Origin: Mobula hypostoma
Taxonomy: Eukaryota
Assembly: GCF_963921235.1 (NCBI RefSeq)
Contig: NC_086097.1
Span: forward strand, 100,876,001 to 100,940,000
Reading direction: 5' to 3'
Length of the DNA: 64,000 bases
Both the position numbers and the translations under genes were made by a program. The notes under the pieces were generated by a model. It saw only the letters and a program-made list of their open reading frames with translations, had not been told where the DNA came from and did no database searches. Shown here piece after piece: positions 1-14,478 of this stretch (position 1 is its first letter; each line of letters starts with the position of its first letter).

Positions 1-1173
1 TGATTCTAGTGATAATATAATTACTGGGTGGCTTATTTACTGGGTCCCTTTCAGAGTTGAGCTTTCAAACCGCCTGTACAGCCTGGCATTTTTGCAGTGT
101 GAACCGAAGTCTCGAGGGTGCAGGATGGTTGCGGGCTGGACCGAACTGAGATGGCGGGGCCTGGGTCTGAGAGCAAAGAATGAGCCAGTGTTTGGCCGAT
201 TTAAGCATTGGGCCAGATTGAAAAGGTGAAGGTGTTAGGAGCGGAGGAGAGGGACGGGATGGTGTTCAGCTCACTGCTCCACAAGGTTTGCTCATCTTTG
301 CACTGAACTGAGGCTGTGGCCTGCAACTAATGGGCTCCTGGACCTGCTAGTGATGACTGGCTTTGTGGCTGTGAACTTACTTTTGTGAACTGAATGTTAT
401 TTACTTCCTCTTTATTGTTTGCACGATTTGTTCTTTTCTTTTTGCACATTGGGTGTTTGGTGGTCTTTTTAAGTTGGTTCTGTTGGGTTTCTTTGTTTTG
501 TGGCTATTTGTAAGGTGGCGAATTTCAAGGTTGTATACAGTACACATTGATAATAAATGCACTTTGAATTTTGTTAAGCTATTTTTCACAGTGATTTGAG
601 AGTCAACAACATTGAATGGGCCAGGTATAGAAGGAAGATTTCCTCTTCACATTTTAGTGAACTTTATGGATTTTCTACAACAATCCAGTGATTTTTGAGG
701 AATAGTTGCAATTATTCTAATTTACACATTAATTGAACTTAACTTCTACACCTGTCATGGTGGGATTTAAACTCTGGTTTCTGGACTGTTAGTCCTGGCC
801 CTAAGCCATGGTGGGATTTGAACTTGCATTTCTGGACTGTTAGTCTTAACGCTAGTACAGTAACTTAACCACAGCCCCATCACTGTCACACCATCAATGA
901 AAGAGGCACATCCACACCGAAATGGTCAACCGGACTGCTGCCAGCGCTCTCACAACCATCTTCTTCCACCTTTTTAAATTGCTTTTCTTAGTTTTCGCAA
1001 TACCATACTATGAACTCAATGCCAATGTCTTCAGGACCCTCAGTGGTTGCCAGCACCCAAACTCCAAACCTAATCACCTTTTTGCATGAACATTTACTAG
1101 ACAGTTTCTAACAATTAGGGAATTTATTTATGTATATGGATTAGAGAAGTAATGGTTGTTCTCCTTAGACCAG

Positions 1174-1860
1174 AGATCTTTCGACACACTCAGCGATTCA
1201 GGAACACTTTCTTCCCCTCTGCCATATGATTTCGAGGTGGACATTGAACCTATGAATACCACCTCACTACTTTTTTTTATTTGTTTGTTTTTTTTTAACT
1301 ATTTATTTTAAATAGAAACATAGAAAACTTACTGCACAATGCAGGCCCTTCAGCCCACAATGCTGTGCCAAACATGTATTTATTTTAGAAATTACCTAGG
1401 GTTACCCATAGCCCTCTATTTTTCTAAGCTCCATGTACCTATCCAGGAATCTCTTAAAAGTCCCTAACGTATCCACCTTCACCACCGTGGCCAGCAGCCC
1501 ATTCCACGCACTCACCACTCTCTGCGTAAAAAAAATTACCCCTGACATCCCCTCCATACCTACTTGCAAGCACCTTAAAACTGTGCCCTCTCATGTTAGC
1601 CATCAGACTCACTGCTTCAGTTTTAACTTAACTATTTAATAGATATACGTTTGTATATATATTCTGTATATGCATGTCTGTGTGTGTGTGTATGTGTATA
1701 TATATATATATAATAAATAAATAAATATATGCATGTGTCTGTACTTATTGCAATTCAGGGTTTATTTCTCTATATTTATTTATCATGTATCGTATTGCTG
1801 CCGTAAAGTTAACAAATTTCATGACATATGTCGGTGATATCAAACCTGATTCTGATTCTG
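1174..1860 (+). mobile_element. 3' end of Rex1-like LINE, interrupted by an antisense CR1 3' end (~1311-1610) and (TG)n/(TA)n microsatellites
   Basis: Resembles the tail of the longer Rex1-like copy at 56830-57110 and ends in aaacctgattctgattctg. Confidence 0.65.
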
Positions 1861-2079
1861 AGCGGATCTGATAGAAGTACGTATGTAAAGATATAGACAG
1901 AACAGGTAGAGCAAATTTCTTACTGCTAACAAAGGGATCAAGAACCAAAATGAAGGTAATTGACCAAAAGTCCAAAGGCAATGTAATGGCAATGGCACAG
2001 CTATTAAAGCCGTTGTCTCAAACCTTAGTAACACATGTTTCATCCTATCCTTTGCTGCTGTATGTGCAGATTTTCCCTG

Positions 2080-4840
2080 CAAATTTCAAAGTCTATTGTA
2101 ACATATACAATATATGTTACAATGTACTATCTTGTGATTCATTTTCTTGCAGGCATTTACAGAGAAAATAGAATTTTAGGAAGAACTTTAGATTTACAAG
2201 GACTGACAAATACCAAAATACAAAAGAGAAAATGCCAATAAAAATAATACTGAGAACATGAGTACTTGAAAATAAGTCTGCAGACTGTGGAATTAGTTCA
2301 GAGAAGTGATCAATGAGCCTGATGGTTGTAGGGTAATAACCGATGCTGGTGGTGTGAGAACTAAGGCTTCTGAACCTCCTGTCCAATGGTAGTAATGAGA
2401 AGAGGACATGGCCTGGATGGTGGGTGGTCTTTAATGATGGATGCTGCTTTCTTCTGGCAGCGCTCCCTGTAACTGAACTCAATGGTGAGGAGGACTTTGC
2501 CTGTGATGGCCCAATGTATCCACCACATTCCATCACCTTTTCTGTTCCTTGGCATTGGTGTATCCATGTCAGGCCAGGATACAACTAGTTAGGATACTCT
2601 CCAGCGTGCACCTATAGGAGCTTATCAAAGATTTTTCAGACCTGCCGAATCTACATACACTTCTACAAAAGTAGAGGTGCTGTGATGCCTTCTTTGTGAC
2701 AACACTTATGTACTGGTCCCAGGACAGATCCTCTGATACGTTAATGCCAAGTAATTTAATGCTACTGACCACCTCTGTTCTTTAAACTGACATGAGGCTG
2801 TTTAACAGGAAGGGTACTTGCATGGATAGAAAATTGGCTGCCAGTGACTAGTAGTGTTCTGCAGAGGTCGGTGTTGGGACCCCATTTTTCACATTATGTG
2901 TCAGTAATTTGGATGACGGAATTGATGGGCTTGTAGCCAAGTTTGTGGCTGGCACAAAGCTAGGTGGAAGGGCAGGAAGTGTTGAGGAAGCAGTAAATCT
3001 GAAGAAAGATGTAGACAGATCAGGATAATGGGCAAAGAAGTGACAGGTGGAATCCAGTTTTGCGAAGTGTATGGTCATGCACTTTGTTAATGAGAGAGAT
3101 CAGAGGAGAATAGCCAGACTGATTCAAGCTGACAGGAAATCAAATAACCACACATAACAACAGTAGTGTACACAGCAGCATCTCTGAATGTTCAACATGC
3201 CGAACCTTGAAGTGGATGGGCTACAACAGCAGAAGACTGAATGTAAATTCAGTACAGCAGGCACCTAATAACATGAAGACTCATCACTGTGTGTATGTAT
3301 AAAATGAGCAGAGTAGGAGGTTACACATACAGCCCTGTGGTGAACCTGTGCTGATGGCGAGTGTGGGAGAAGTTGTTACCAATCTATCAGTGAGGAAATT
3401 GAGGATCCAGTTGCATAGGACAGTACTGAGATCTAGGTCTTGAAACTTACTGATGAATTTCCAGGGGATGATAGTGTTGAATGCTGAGCTGTAGTTAGTG
3501 AAGAACATCTATTCACATACATCTTCATCGTCCAGATTTTCCGGAGCTGAGTGAAGAGCCAATGAAATAGTATCTGCTATTGACCTGTTGTGAATATAGG
3601 CATATTGGAGTGGATCCCAGTCACTCCTCTGGAATAGATACGCTTCATGACTAACCTCTTGAAGCACTTTATCATGGTGGATATATCTGCTACCTATCAA
3701 TAGTCATTGAGGCAGGTTACCATGTTCTTCTTGGGCACCAGTATGGTCGATGCCTGCCAAAGCAGGTTGAAGATGTCGCTAAACACTTCAGCCAGTTGAT
3801 TAGCACAAGTCTTCTGTACTTGGCCAGATATTCCATCTGGGTCAAATGCCTTCAATGGATTCATCCTCCTAAAGGAAGCTCTCACTTTGGCCCCAGAGGC
3901 TGAGATAACAGGGATGTCGAGGGTTTTGTCCCCCAAAGTGCAAATGGCATTGAGTTAATCTGAGAGCATTCTTGATGGTAGTGTAGCAGTGGCCATGTAT
4001 GTTGGGTCCTCTGTGCTGCCTGCAGGTGCTGTACTGGTGACAGTGGGGCAGAGATTTTGTCAAGCTAGCCTGATTGAAGTCCGTAACAAGGATGAGAAAG
4101 GCATCAGGGTATGCCATATTTTGTTTATTAATCATGGCACTCAATACATTGAGTGCTAGCTTTGGCATCTGCCTTTGGCGATATGTAAATTGCAGTCAGC
4201 TTCAGGGCAGCAAACTCTATTGGTAAGTAGATTGGTGGGCACATAATCATTAGTTGTTCCAGGTCGGGACAAAAAGGGTGAGCAACACCGTGAGGTTTAT
4301 CATGAAGCGGTCGATGCCGCCTCTGCCCTTTCCTGATACAGGTCCAATTCACCAAGTGGCTTGAGAACCTCTCAGGAAGGAGTACAGTGTCCGGAGTTCA
4401 TAGGGTAAGCCATGTCTCAGTAGAACAGAGAATGTAGCAGTCTCTCATTTCTCTCTGATACAGCAATCTTGCTCTTGGACAATCTTACACTCCAACACTG
4501 CATGTTGGCCAGGAGAATGCCAGGGAGTGGTGGCCTTGTTCCTTGTCATTTCAGTCAGGACTGAAGTCCCTCCTGTGATCACACTTCCTTCCGAGTGGCT
4601 ATCTTGTTACTTCCAGGTGCTATACCTGCATTCCAGAGAGTTGAGTTCGCCAAGTCTTTCAGGTTCACCAGGAGATCATAAGATTGCTAGTGCATTTAAA
4701 TTATTCAAAAGTCTGTTTTTAAAAAAGGAAATTACAGGCTGAAAACTCCAGCACTAACAGTTCAGAAGACATAAGTCCAGTGTTTTTTTTTGTGAGCTGA
4801 CCACAAAACATCACCTTCTACTGCCAGTGCCATTTTTCCA
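2080..4840 (-). mobile_element. Decayed, near full-length Rex1/Babar-like LINE with a CR1 fragment (~2790-3085, +) inside
   Basis: Minus-strand ORF pieces [34 protein letters not shown] (endonuclease) and KLLGINVSEDLSW. Confidence 0.75.
3086..3255 (+). mobile_element. Tc1-like transposase N-terminal fragment
   Basis: Reads approximately ERDQRRIARLIQADRK...ISECSTCRTLKWMGYNSRR, typical of the Tc1 DNA-binding region. Confidence 0.6.
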
Positions 4841-4948
4841 CAATAGCAATAGAAGCTGACAGCAGGACCAGAAAAAAAACTCACGACAATTTCATATGGT
4901 TCCTTTGGGTGCTCCAGCTTCCTCCTATTAATTGGTCACTGTTAGTAA

Positions 4949-5755
4949 AGGTTCAAAGGTTCATTTATTATCAAAGTATGTATGCAGTATACAACTCTGA
5001 GATTTGTCTTCTCTAGATAGCCACAAAGCAATGAAAATCACTGAGGTTGTTTAAAGAAAAACATCAACACCTCTCCATGCAAAAAATAATGTAAATGGCA
5101 ATGAACATCAAAGCCCCCTATGCAGAACAACAAATTGTGCAAACAGCAAGAACATCAAACTGCAAACCACCCTCTTGCAAAAAAAAACTAACAAATTGCC
5201 AAACAGCAACAAGAAAGAATAGGCAAAAACACAGAATATAAAAATCATAAAACTGAAAGAGTTCACAGACCAATCTATAAATGGCAGAACTTCGGTAATA
5301 TCCTCTGACAGCATTGGGTTTGGGGGGGGGTGGTGGTGAGTGAGCCCACTTGAATGCAGAGATCTTCCCTCGGGAGCAGCAAACGAGAGATCTGTCACAG
5401 CAGCAAGCAAGAGGCAGGTAGTTAGCACTGAACACTTGCTTGCCTTCTGCATTTGCCTTGATGTCTCAATCTTCCTTGACACTTTAATCGACAAGAAATG
5501 GAGTCAATCATGGGTTTGCATTCCATCTCTAAGCTTCATCGCCTTGAGGCCGCTTGCCTCCTGGAATTTTCTCGGAGACAGCAAAGCTCAAGATCACTCA
5601 ACCGATCTCCAAACTATAAATCGCAGGCTCTATCAGTTCCAGCAACACATTTAAGATTAAAACAAGACATTGAAAAAGTAAAATAAATAGTTTAATGGAC
5701 TATCTGGAAGATGTCGCCCGAGGAAGCATTGTTTGCTGGTGCCACCTTGACCAGA
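4949..5755 (-). mobile_element. Non-autonomous retroposon with a Rex1-like head and an AATAAA-(CTTTGAA)n-type tail
   Basis: Tail type is shared with ~380-575 (+) and 33227-33521 (-). No credible coding content. Confidence 0.5.
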
Positions 5756-5835
5756 ACATTTCATTTAGTGTGCAGGTGAGTGATAGAATCTGGGAGAGTT
5801 CATGGGATTATGGCAAAAATAAAATGGGTTAGGCA

Positions 5836-5888
5836 TAGGGATTCCCAACCTGGGATCTATGGCATAAAAAAAAAGATTGGGAACCCCT
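5836..5888. mobile_element. Tiny hAT-type MITE remnant
   Basis: aggggattcccaacct...agattgggaacccctg inverted ends, with ggttagg on both flanks. Confidence 0.45.
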
Positions 5889-5942
5889 GGGTTAGGGTAT
5901 GATTAGTGTAAAAATGGGTTGATGGTCAGCATAGATTCAGTA

Positions 5943-7338
5943 CAGGTCCACAATTCCTTATTCAAAATTCTGAAATCCGAAAAGCGCCAAAAACTGAAGT
6001 CCTTTCGTGGAGTGTGGAGCGTGTCGTAACAAGGCTTGTTTGGTGCGCCAGCAGCTGACGTCACTCAAATGTGACATGGCAGCACTAGCAGAGGCCTCTA
6101 GACGTCAGTTGTGGCTCAGCGCTCGTACTGGTTACGTGTGCATTTGCTGTTCACTGATATTTTGTGTCCACTGTTGACTTTGTGTTTAATTTCACTGTGA
6201 AAATGTCAAAAAGAGCTGCAGATAGCCCTATGGGTAACAATGAGAAAAAGAGAAGGAAGCATCTATCATTATCAATAATGCAGAAAGTAGAGTTATTGCA
6301 GAAGCTTGATTGTGGTGTGTCTGTGTGGCCTCTTACCTCGTAACTTACGCTAAAAATGTTGTCGAACAAAAGTGTAAATAAGTTTGAGGAAGCTGACATC
6401 GAAGAAATGCTGAACATTGACAATGATGCACCTGTTGTGCATTCCTTGAGTGACGGGGAAATTGCTGAAATGGTGTTAAATACAGATAAGCATGAAGATA
6501 GTAGTGATGATGACGACATAGTGAACACAGGTGAAAAAATCCCCATAGACGATATGGTGAAAATGTGTGATCAGTTAATTACTGGTGTTGAACAATCTGC
6601 ATTTATCAGTGAGCAAGAGATTATGGCAGTTTACTCAGTTAACGAGAGATGGCTTAGACGTAAACCTGTTAATGAGACAGATGACACTTGAAGAAGTCTT
6701 TAAAAACGCCGTCTGTCGTAGCGCTGCTTCATAACTTGAGAGTACTGTTCCTGGCCCATCAGATACCTGTACGTATTTAGCTTAGTTTGAACCTGTATAT
6801 GTTCTAGAGTATTTACGTTCTACATTTATTCCAATAAGTCATTTACCATGTGTTTGATTCGGTTCATTTAAAGCTGTATATTTTTATGTTTTATTGAATG
6901 TTTTTGTTGGAAGTAAAATGTACTATTGTATTTATGGTCTATAATTATCCCACTATTTCATTTATCAGTATATTACTCTATAAATAAACTGTAATAGTAT
7001 TTGTAAAAGAGCGCGGATCAGGAAAAACCGGAAGTTCTCTCTCCAGCACTTGTTTGAGCATGTACAGACTTTTTTTCTCTTCATTATTCCCTAAACAATA
7101 CAGTATAACAACTACTGACATAGCATTTACATTGTATTAGGTATTATAAGTAATCTAGAGATTATTTAAAGTATACGGGAGGATGTGCTTAGGTCCGGAG
7201 CTCCCCTGGGTCCTAAAGTCCACCTGCACTGAGCCAGGTTAATTATCAATATAATTATCAATTTTTTGAAATCCGAAAAATTCTGAATTCCGAAGTGCAA
7301 ACGGCTCCAAGGATTTTGGATAAGGGACTGTGGACCTG
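5943..7338 (+). mobile_element. Internally deleted pogo/Tigger DNA transposon (Tigger4/Zombi-like)
   Basis: TIRs CAGGTCCACAATTCCTTATTCAAAATTC and GGATTTTGGATAAGGGACTGTGGACCTG with TA on both flanks. N-terminal MSKRAADSPMGNNEKKRRKHLSLSIMQKVELL from 6203 and the acidic C-terminus at 6356-6691 remain; the DDE core is absent. Confidence 0.9.
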
Positions 7339-9824
7339 TATAATTTTATGCCATGAAGAAAACATGCTCACACAGCCAATGGTTACTGCCTGGAATTTAC
7401 ACCTGGGTTGCAGGTAAATTGGTTAATCAAGGCTGGTATCAAACTGTGGCTCTTGAAGGGGAGCTAAATAAATACCCAAATTTAAATAACTTGCAAGGCA
7501 ATACGAGATGCATAGATCCTGCTTTAAGCAAACGAATAACTTCATTTGATGTTGTGATGTTTCTATGATTCTGATTGCATTTTTATTGGCTTCAATCGTT
7601 TCCTCAAACCACTATCCTGTCCCATAACCCACTCTAACCCCTTCTCTAAACAGCCCACCTCAGTTCCTGGTCCTACTGCTAGCTCCTTCTCCTATCCTTC
7701 CCTATCACCCATCCCCATCTTCCAGTTCTGCAATGTAAGAGACATCAGTTTGCATCATTCTTCCCCAATAGTTGAACATTCCCTAAGCCAAAGATAAAGG
7801 GTTAGAAATGCTTTTCCTCTGGGAATTTTGATTAGAAAATGGTAAGGAAGCTTAATTCTGGTGTCACTGGGGACCGTGGCTAGAATGGAGCATCAAGGGG
7901 ATTGGAATGCAGTAGGATAGAAGAGGAGGAGACTGAGGCAGGCACACAATTGGGTTGGGGTCTGATGAGTGGGGTGAATGGCTGAGGGAAAGGGACACAG
8001 AAAAGCTCATCTCATTACATGCGGAGGGTCCATTGGAACATTCAAAGCAGGGTGCTTGGGAACAAATATCAAGAGAAGTGCTTAGAGGAAGATAATTCCA
8101 ATGCAGATGACTGGGTAGATTGGTCCTTTTAATTAACAATGAAACAAAGCTTAACGCATCATTTGAAACTTACTTCATTTTGAACAGACTGCACTTCTCA
8201 CTTTTCCAAAATGCTACTTCACATCACTGTGCAGATCTTATTGCTACAAGCATGCATGTAGCATTCACAGCAAGGACCTGGCTTGAACGTATGTTACTGC
8301 TTTAATTCACTCACAAAGGAGCTGACCGAATTTATCAATCAGATTTCAGATATAACGTACCTAGTTGATGTACAACAAAAACAATATACAACAGATTTCT
8401 AGCCCTTAATAATGCCTGAAAAATTACCTTAAAAATACCTGTAAACAATAGTACAACCAGCTGAAATGACTTACAGCTATCATAGCTGAGACTATCAAGC
8501 TGTAAAAAAAAATCAAATAAATTGGAAGAAAAAAATTAGATTCAAATTAAAACCCATTCATTGTGATTCAGTAGGTAAAAGCAGTGAAGGGCACATGGTC
8601 TGTGCTTTGCTTGCAAACTTATTGCATAAATTTCATAACTGAAGTCCTTCTGTTCCTCTATACCATGTAAACTCATAGCTTCCAAGAAATCGGTGACCTC
8701 CAAATTCTTCCTACCTAAATTCATTGGTGTTGAATCTCATCTGCCCCCATGTTACTGTATCAATGAATGGATGAGTGCTGATGCTAATCAAGTCATTCTA
8801 AAGCTCAGCAAGGCCTGGATGGGTTATCATTACTGATGGAAGATTAACTAGTTGTAAGTGGGTATATTCAGAAGGGAAAATTGAATCAGGTACATATTGG
8901 AGGGAACTTTTTTCTGACAACAGTATACATTCCTTTTACAATGTAAGGTATTTAGTTGTGTGATAAACTGTTAACATCCGAGGGAGACGAGCAATAGCAC
9001 AACTCACTAAAAGCAGGGACAAATTTAAAGCTGGAAAAAGTACCAGGTTAATTTCTTGAGGATAGAACTTTAAAAGAGTGAAGTTACACTGAAGTTGTAT
9101 ACAGCTCAGTTATAGTACACTTGTTCTCCAAATTAAGAAGTATAACTGAAACACTGAGAATTACTGTTAAAAGGATTTGCTAGAATGAAATGTTATACTA
9201 ATCAGGAAACATTGAATACAAATCACAAGGGCATTATTCTGCCTAGCCAGTCAATGCTGACATCTATATTCCACATGGGTTATTTCCAGTCTTTTTTAAA
9301 ATCTATATCTATCAAAGAAACATTTTACCTCCCTCTTCTAATCTCTCCCTCACAGATTTACTTATCTCCTTTCCAGATTCCTGGCCCAGAAAAATTAACA
9401 GAAATGAAAAGGAATGGAGGCAGCATGAGGGAGACAAGTAAAGGAAAGTGTACAAAGAGAAAGATACTGGTGAACAACAAACATAAAATCTGGAGGAACT
9501 CAACAAATCAAGCAGCATTCTATGTAGGGGAATAAACAGAGGAATAAAATGCATCAGAATCTGTCAGAGCAGGGAAATCGGTAGATGTGAATAACTAATT
9601 GCTGAAGCTCTCATCGCCAGTTAGGGGCCATTGCTAGGCTAGTGCCATCTGTTAAGCTGTAGAATTGGGGTCTAATTTCTCCCATGCAAGAGAGTGAAGT
9701 AGTTTCATCCTACTGGATTGCTCAATACCTGATCCTCACTGAAGAATAATGACTGATTACTGAGAAAGGACAACACATGGGCAGGGGGTTCTCAACAAGA
9801 GCCACAAACACCACTATTTCCAGT

Positions 9825-10780
9825 CATACAATGTTCTGGGTGGTGGGGGTCCTTAATGTTGGACATCGGCTTCCTAAGGCACTTCTCCTTGAGGATATCT
9901 TGGGTACTACGGAGGCTGATACCCATGATAAAACTAGTTAATTTTACAAGTTTCTGCAGCTTATTTCGATCTTGTGCAGTAGTCCCCCCACCCCCCTCTC
10001 CCCATACCAGCCAGTGATGCAGCCTGTCAGAATGCTCTCCACAGTACATTTGTAGAAATTTCTGAGTGTTTTAGTTGACAAATGAAATCTCTTCAAACAC
10101 ATAATGAAATATAGCCACTGTCTTGCCTTCTTTATAGCTGCATCAACGTGTTACGTCCAGGTTTGGTCCTCAGAGATACTGATACCCAGGAACTTGAAAC
10201 TGCTCACTCTCTCCACTTCTGATCTCTCTGAGGATTGGTTTGTGTTCCCTAATCTTACCCTTCCTGAAGTTCAAAATCGGCTCTTTGGTCTTACTGATGT
10301 TACTGCAAGGTTGTTGCTGTGACATCACTCAACTAACTGGTATATCTTGCTCCCGTATGCCCTTTTGTCACCATCTGAAATTCTGCCAACAATGGCCATA
10401 GCTGTAGGGAGCGTAGAGCAGTGGGCTAAGCACACATCCTTTAGGAAGTTGAGAATCCAGTTGCAGAGGGAGGTACAGAGGCCTAGGTTCTGAGGCTTTT
10501 TAATCAGGACTGTAGGAATGATGGCGTAAATCAATAAGCAGCATCCTGACATAGGTAGTTGCATTGTCCAGGCGATCCAAGGCCCTGTGGAGAGCCACTG
10601 AGATAGTTTCTGCTGTAGACCTATTGCAGTGATAGTCAAATTGCAATGGGTCCAGGTCCTTTTTGAGACCAGTGTTGATTCTAGCCAAGGCCAACCTCTC
10701 AAGGCGTTTCATCACCATCGATATCAGCACTACTGGATTATAGTCATTGAGGTAGATCACACTGCTCTTCTTGGCCACAG
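9825..10780 (-). mobile_element. Rex1-like LINE RT fragment
   Basis: [22 protein letters not shown] and TYVRMLLID; same family as 55690-57110. Confidence 0.8.
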
Positions 10781-11267
10781 ACTTTCAAAATTACTGTATT
10801 ACTTTTCTGAAGTGCTTTAACCTCATCTGCAATTCAGCCAGAAATGTTTGAAGTTCATCTTGCAATTTACAATGAGGCTTACACCTAGACACAATATCTA
10901 CTGAATTACCATCATCTATTTGGTCAATTACTTGTTTAAAACATTTGATGTTGAATATGATGTTCCATTATGAATCCATACTAGTTATTGTCTTGTTTCT
11001 AGATGCTAACCTATTCTCTCCTTTAGCACGAATTCCATTTTCCCTTGTCCCCAGTGTTGGGCCAACTGGTCAATAATTCCCAATCACATTCAGTATACTT
11101 TCTTGTCAGTCCTCTGGATCTGCAAGACGTCCTAATGATCTATTATACTTACAGGCATTCTTCTGCTATCATTTACCCCAATTTTTGAAATGCAATCCAT
11201 TGAGACTAAAGCTTTTATCTTGAGTTTGATTAGGATATACAATTCATCCCTTCTTTCCATTTTAAAT

Positions 11268-14200
11268 AAAAGGACAGGAGGGTGGAGAGTATCTTAGCCC
11301 GTCGAAGCCCTTTGGGCTGAGGTGGGATGCAAAATGTGAGGAGACCTTTCAGTCGCCGAAGGAGCTGCTGACCCAGGAGCCAGTGCTGGCTTTTGCAGAC
11401 CCCTGATTGCCTTCGGTACTGCACACGGATGCCAGCTGAGGGGGTTTAGGGGGTGTCCCGTATCAGGATCAGGGCTCCGGGTTGAGGCCCGTTGCGTTTG
11501 TCAGCCGGAGTCTGTTGCCCTCCGAGAAAAACTATCCCACGCACAAGTTGGAATTTCTGGCATTGAAATGGGTGGTGTGACTACCTCTACGGGGCCAAGT
11601 TTGAGGTGAGGACGGACAACAACCCCCTAACTTATATCCTGACCTCGGCGAAACTGGATGCCGCAGGCCATCGGTGGTTGGTGGCATTGTCTCCTTATGA
11701 TTTCAGCCTGAAGTACCGGCCCAGAAGCCGGAACATTGATGCTGATGCTTTGTCCCGACGGGCACATAAGGGACTGGTCAGGGAGTGTTCCTGCCCCAGA
11801 GGTGAAGGCCCTGTGTCAGTTTGCCATCACCACGAAGGCAGAGGAAAAGGAGGGGCAGGAGTGAGCGGTGGATCAATTGGGGGCTTCTGATAACACCATC
11901 CCCCAAATTTACCGTAAACTGACTGCTCTGAAGACAAATCAGCTGATGGAATTGAGTTCTGCGGAAGTGGCTTGCTGCTCAGCGAGATGATCCGGGCATT
12001 GGTACATTTGGTCGGCGGCCGAAAAGGGAAACATGGCTCAGACGGAAAAGATGAAACATGCGTTGGTGCCTCCATTACTACGAGAACGGCCTCGGTTGGA
12101 ATTGAAGAACCGGGTCACGTCACCCGCAGACTGACCCCAGCGTTGCCAGCTGGTTCTGCCTGAGAAGTATTGGAGGACGGCGTTGAAATCACTTCATGAT
12201 GATTCTGGACATTTGGGGGTGGAAAAGACCTATGGATTGCTCAGAGATCAGTTTTACTGGCCCCGAATGAAGTCAGAGGTCGAAGAATACTGCAATTCAT
12301 ACATTCGATGCACACGGCGGAAGACACTGCCTACGCGGGCAGCTCCCTTGTCCCACTTGCAGAGTGCAGGGCCTCTGGACCTGGTGTGTTTGGATTTCCT
12401 TTCAATAGAACCCGATGCCAGCAACACAGCGAATGTCTTGATCATCACGGACCACTATAGCAGATATGCTCAGGCTTTTCCGACCAGAGGGTGTTGACAG
12501 TGGCCAAAGTGTTATGGGAGAAGTATTTCATTTATTACAGCCTCCCCAGACGGATACATAGTGATCAGGGACGGGATTTCGAGAGCAGACTCATCCATTA
12601 GTTACTGGGCATGCTTGGAGTCGAGGAGTCGAGACGTCAACAATAGACAATAGGTGCAGGAGTAGACCATTCGGCCCTTCGAGCCAGCACCGCCATTCAC
12701 TGTGATCATGGCTGATCAACCACTATCAGTATCCAGTTCCAAGTCGAGGGTGATCCCCAGCCATCAGACCTCGCTAGGCGTGCTCGGGACCCCTGGAGAT
12801 CAGCAGCAAGAGCAGGTGGAGTCAACATATTGGGCATCCGGTTCACAGTTATAATTGTACATGAAATGAAGCTACTGGGTACTTGCCATATTATCTGATG
12901 TTTGGGCACAAGGCAAGGTTGCCCATTGACCTTTGCTTTGGGACTGACGAGGTTGACTTACCAGTGAAGACTTATCTGAAGTATGTGTCTGACATGAGAA
13001 GAGAGTTGAAAAGGGCTTATGAATTAGTTGGGGTCACAGCTACCAAGCAGAATCAAGGGAATTAGAGGAGGTATGATCAAAAGGTGAGGTTCTCCCAATT
13101 CCTGCCAGGAGACAGAGTCCTCATAAGGAATTTGGGGCTACCTGGAAAGCACAAGTCGGCTGACCGCTGGGCAGCTACGCCCTATGTGGTGGAGAGTCAG
13201 ATGCCAAACCTACCAGTTTTCCGAGTGAAACCAGAGAATGGGAATGGGCCTGTCAAGATTCTCCATCGGAACCACCTGTTGCCCCTGGGACAAGAGGTGC
13301 AGGTAGACCCAGAGCCCAACTTGGAGCCTACACCTAGTAAGGGGACTCTGCGGAAATGCGGGGTGACTACCGGGCCCCTAACAGGCGAGGTTAGGCCGGC
13401 TCCCACCCCTGAAAGAGATACTGGTTGGGAGGATGAGGACCTGGATATGTGGTATATGCTGCCTTTCGCTAACTCCCCATTGATTGAGGAAGAGACTCCG
13501 GCCCTCCTCCCATTGAGACAGGTGAAGTGGTGGGGGGGGTGGATATCTGTGGGCAGCCTGGGTTGCAGCGGGACTCTGCAGGGGAGGAAGTGGGGTTTGA
13601 TCACAGGACAGAGGGCTCCGAGTTGCAGGCAGGCATGAGTGATAGATTGGGGGAGGCCTCGCCAGGTAGACAGGAAGTATTCCCAGTAGTGTCGGAACCT
13701 GAAGAGTTGGATGATGGGGTGCAGAGGTCTCAGAGAATTAGGAGACCATCAGATAGGATGGCCTATATAGCACCAGAGAAACAGAGTGTGACCCCTACTG
13801 TGTTGGGGAGCTATGTCACTGCCTTTTACACCTGGATTGGGCTTTGTGTTTTGCAGGAAGGGTTGGTGAATTATCTCAACGTCATGAGGACATGACTATA
13901 TTTGGTGGGAGGAGAGTGTAACATGCTGTAGGGTTTCACTGATAATGTAATGGTTTCTCTGTAGCAGCAACGTTTGGGTTATGACTAGAGATAATGGGGT
14001 TTGGAATGCTGGGGGCTAGCCAATGAGAGAACTGTTATTCTTTTTTGTGAGTCTGGAAGAGAGATTTTCGCAGTCTTTTGGCAGGGAGAGATAAGGAGAG
14101 AAAACGCAAATAGAGAGAGCTGGTAGACCGCTGGATGGAGTGGACTTGGAGCGAGGGTCCGAAGGGCAGCGACAATCGGAGGAGGTCGATGGTGGACAAC

Positions 14201-14478
14201 CGGCTTATCAGTGAGCTCCAATGTTGCGCAATAGACTGTTTCATAAGATTGGGCCCTTTTTCTTTTTTTTTGTTTCCTTTACTAACCATATAGTCAAAGT
14301 AAGAATAATGAAGCTTAATTGTTTAATTGCATATTGTATATTGTTTGTTATTTCAGGGTACCGATTTGTAACAGGGGGGCACATCACGCAGCATCCACCC
14401 AAACAAGATTTCTTAAATTTGGCCAGGCTGGGGGCTATCACCCCCTATATTAAGCCACTAGCCGAAGCAAGAGTTACA
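11268..14478 (+). mobile_element. 5'-truncated Ty3/Gypsy element: RNase H, integrase, PPT and 3' LTR
   Basis: LHTDAS and RTDNNPLTYIL (RNase H). HDDSGHLG..FYWPRM..C, DLVCLDFL and ITDHYSRYAQA (integrase). PPT ggtgggaggagag. A short antisense CR1 tail is inserted at ~12637-12740. Confidence 0.9.
13917..14478 (+). repeat. 3' LTR of the Gypsy element
   Basis: TGTAAC...GTTACA inverted termini directly after the PPT. Confidence 0.8.
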
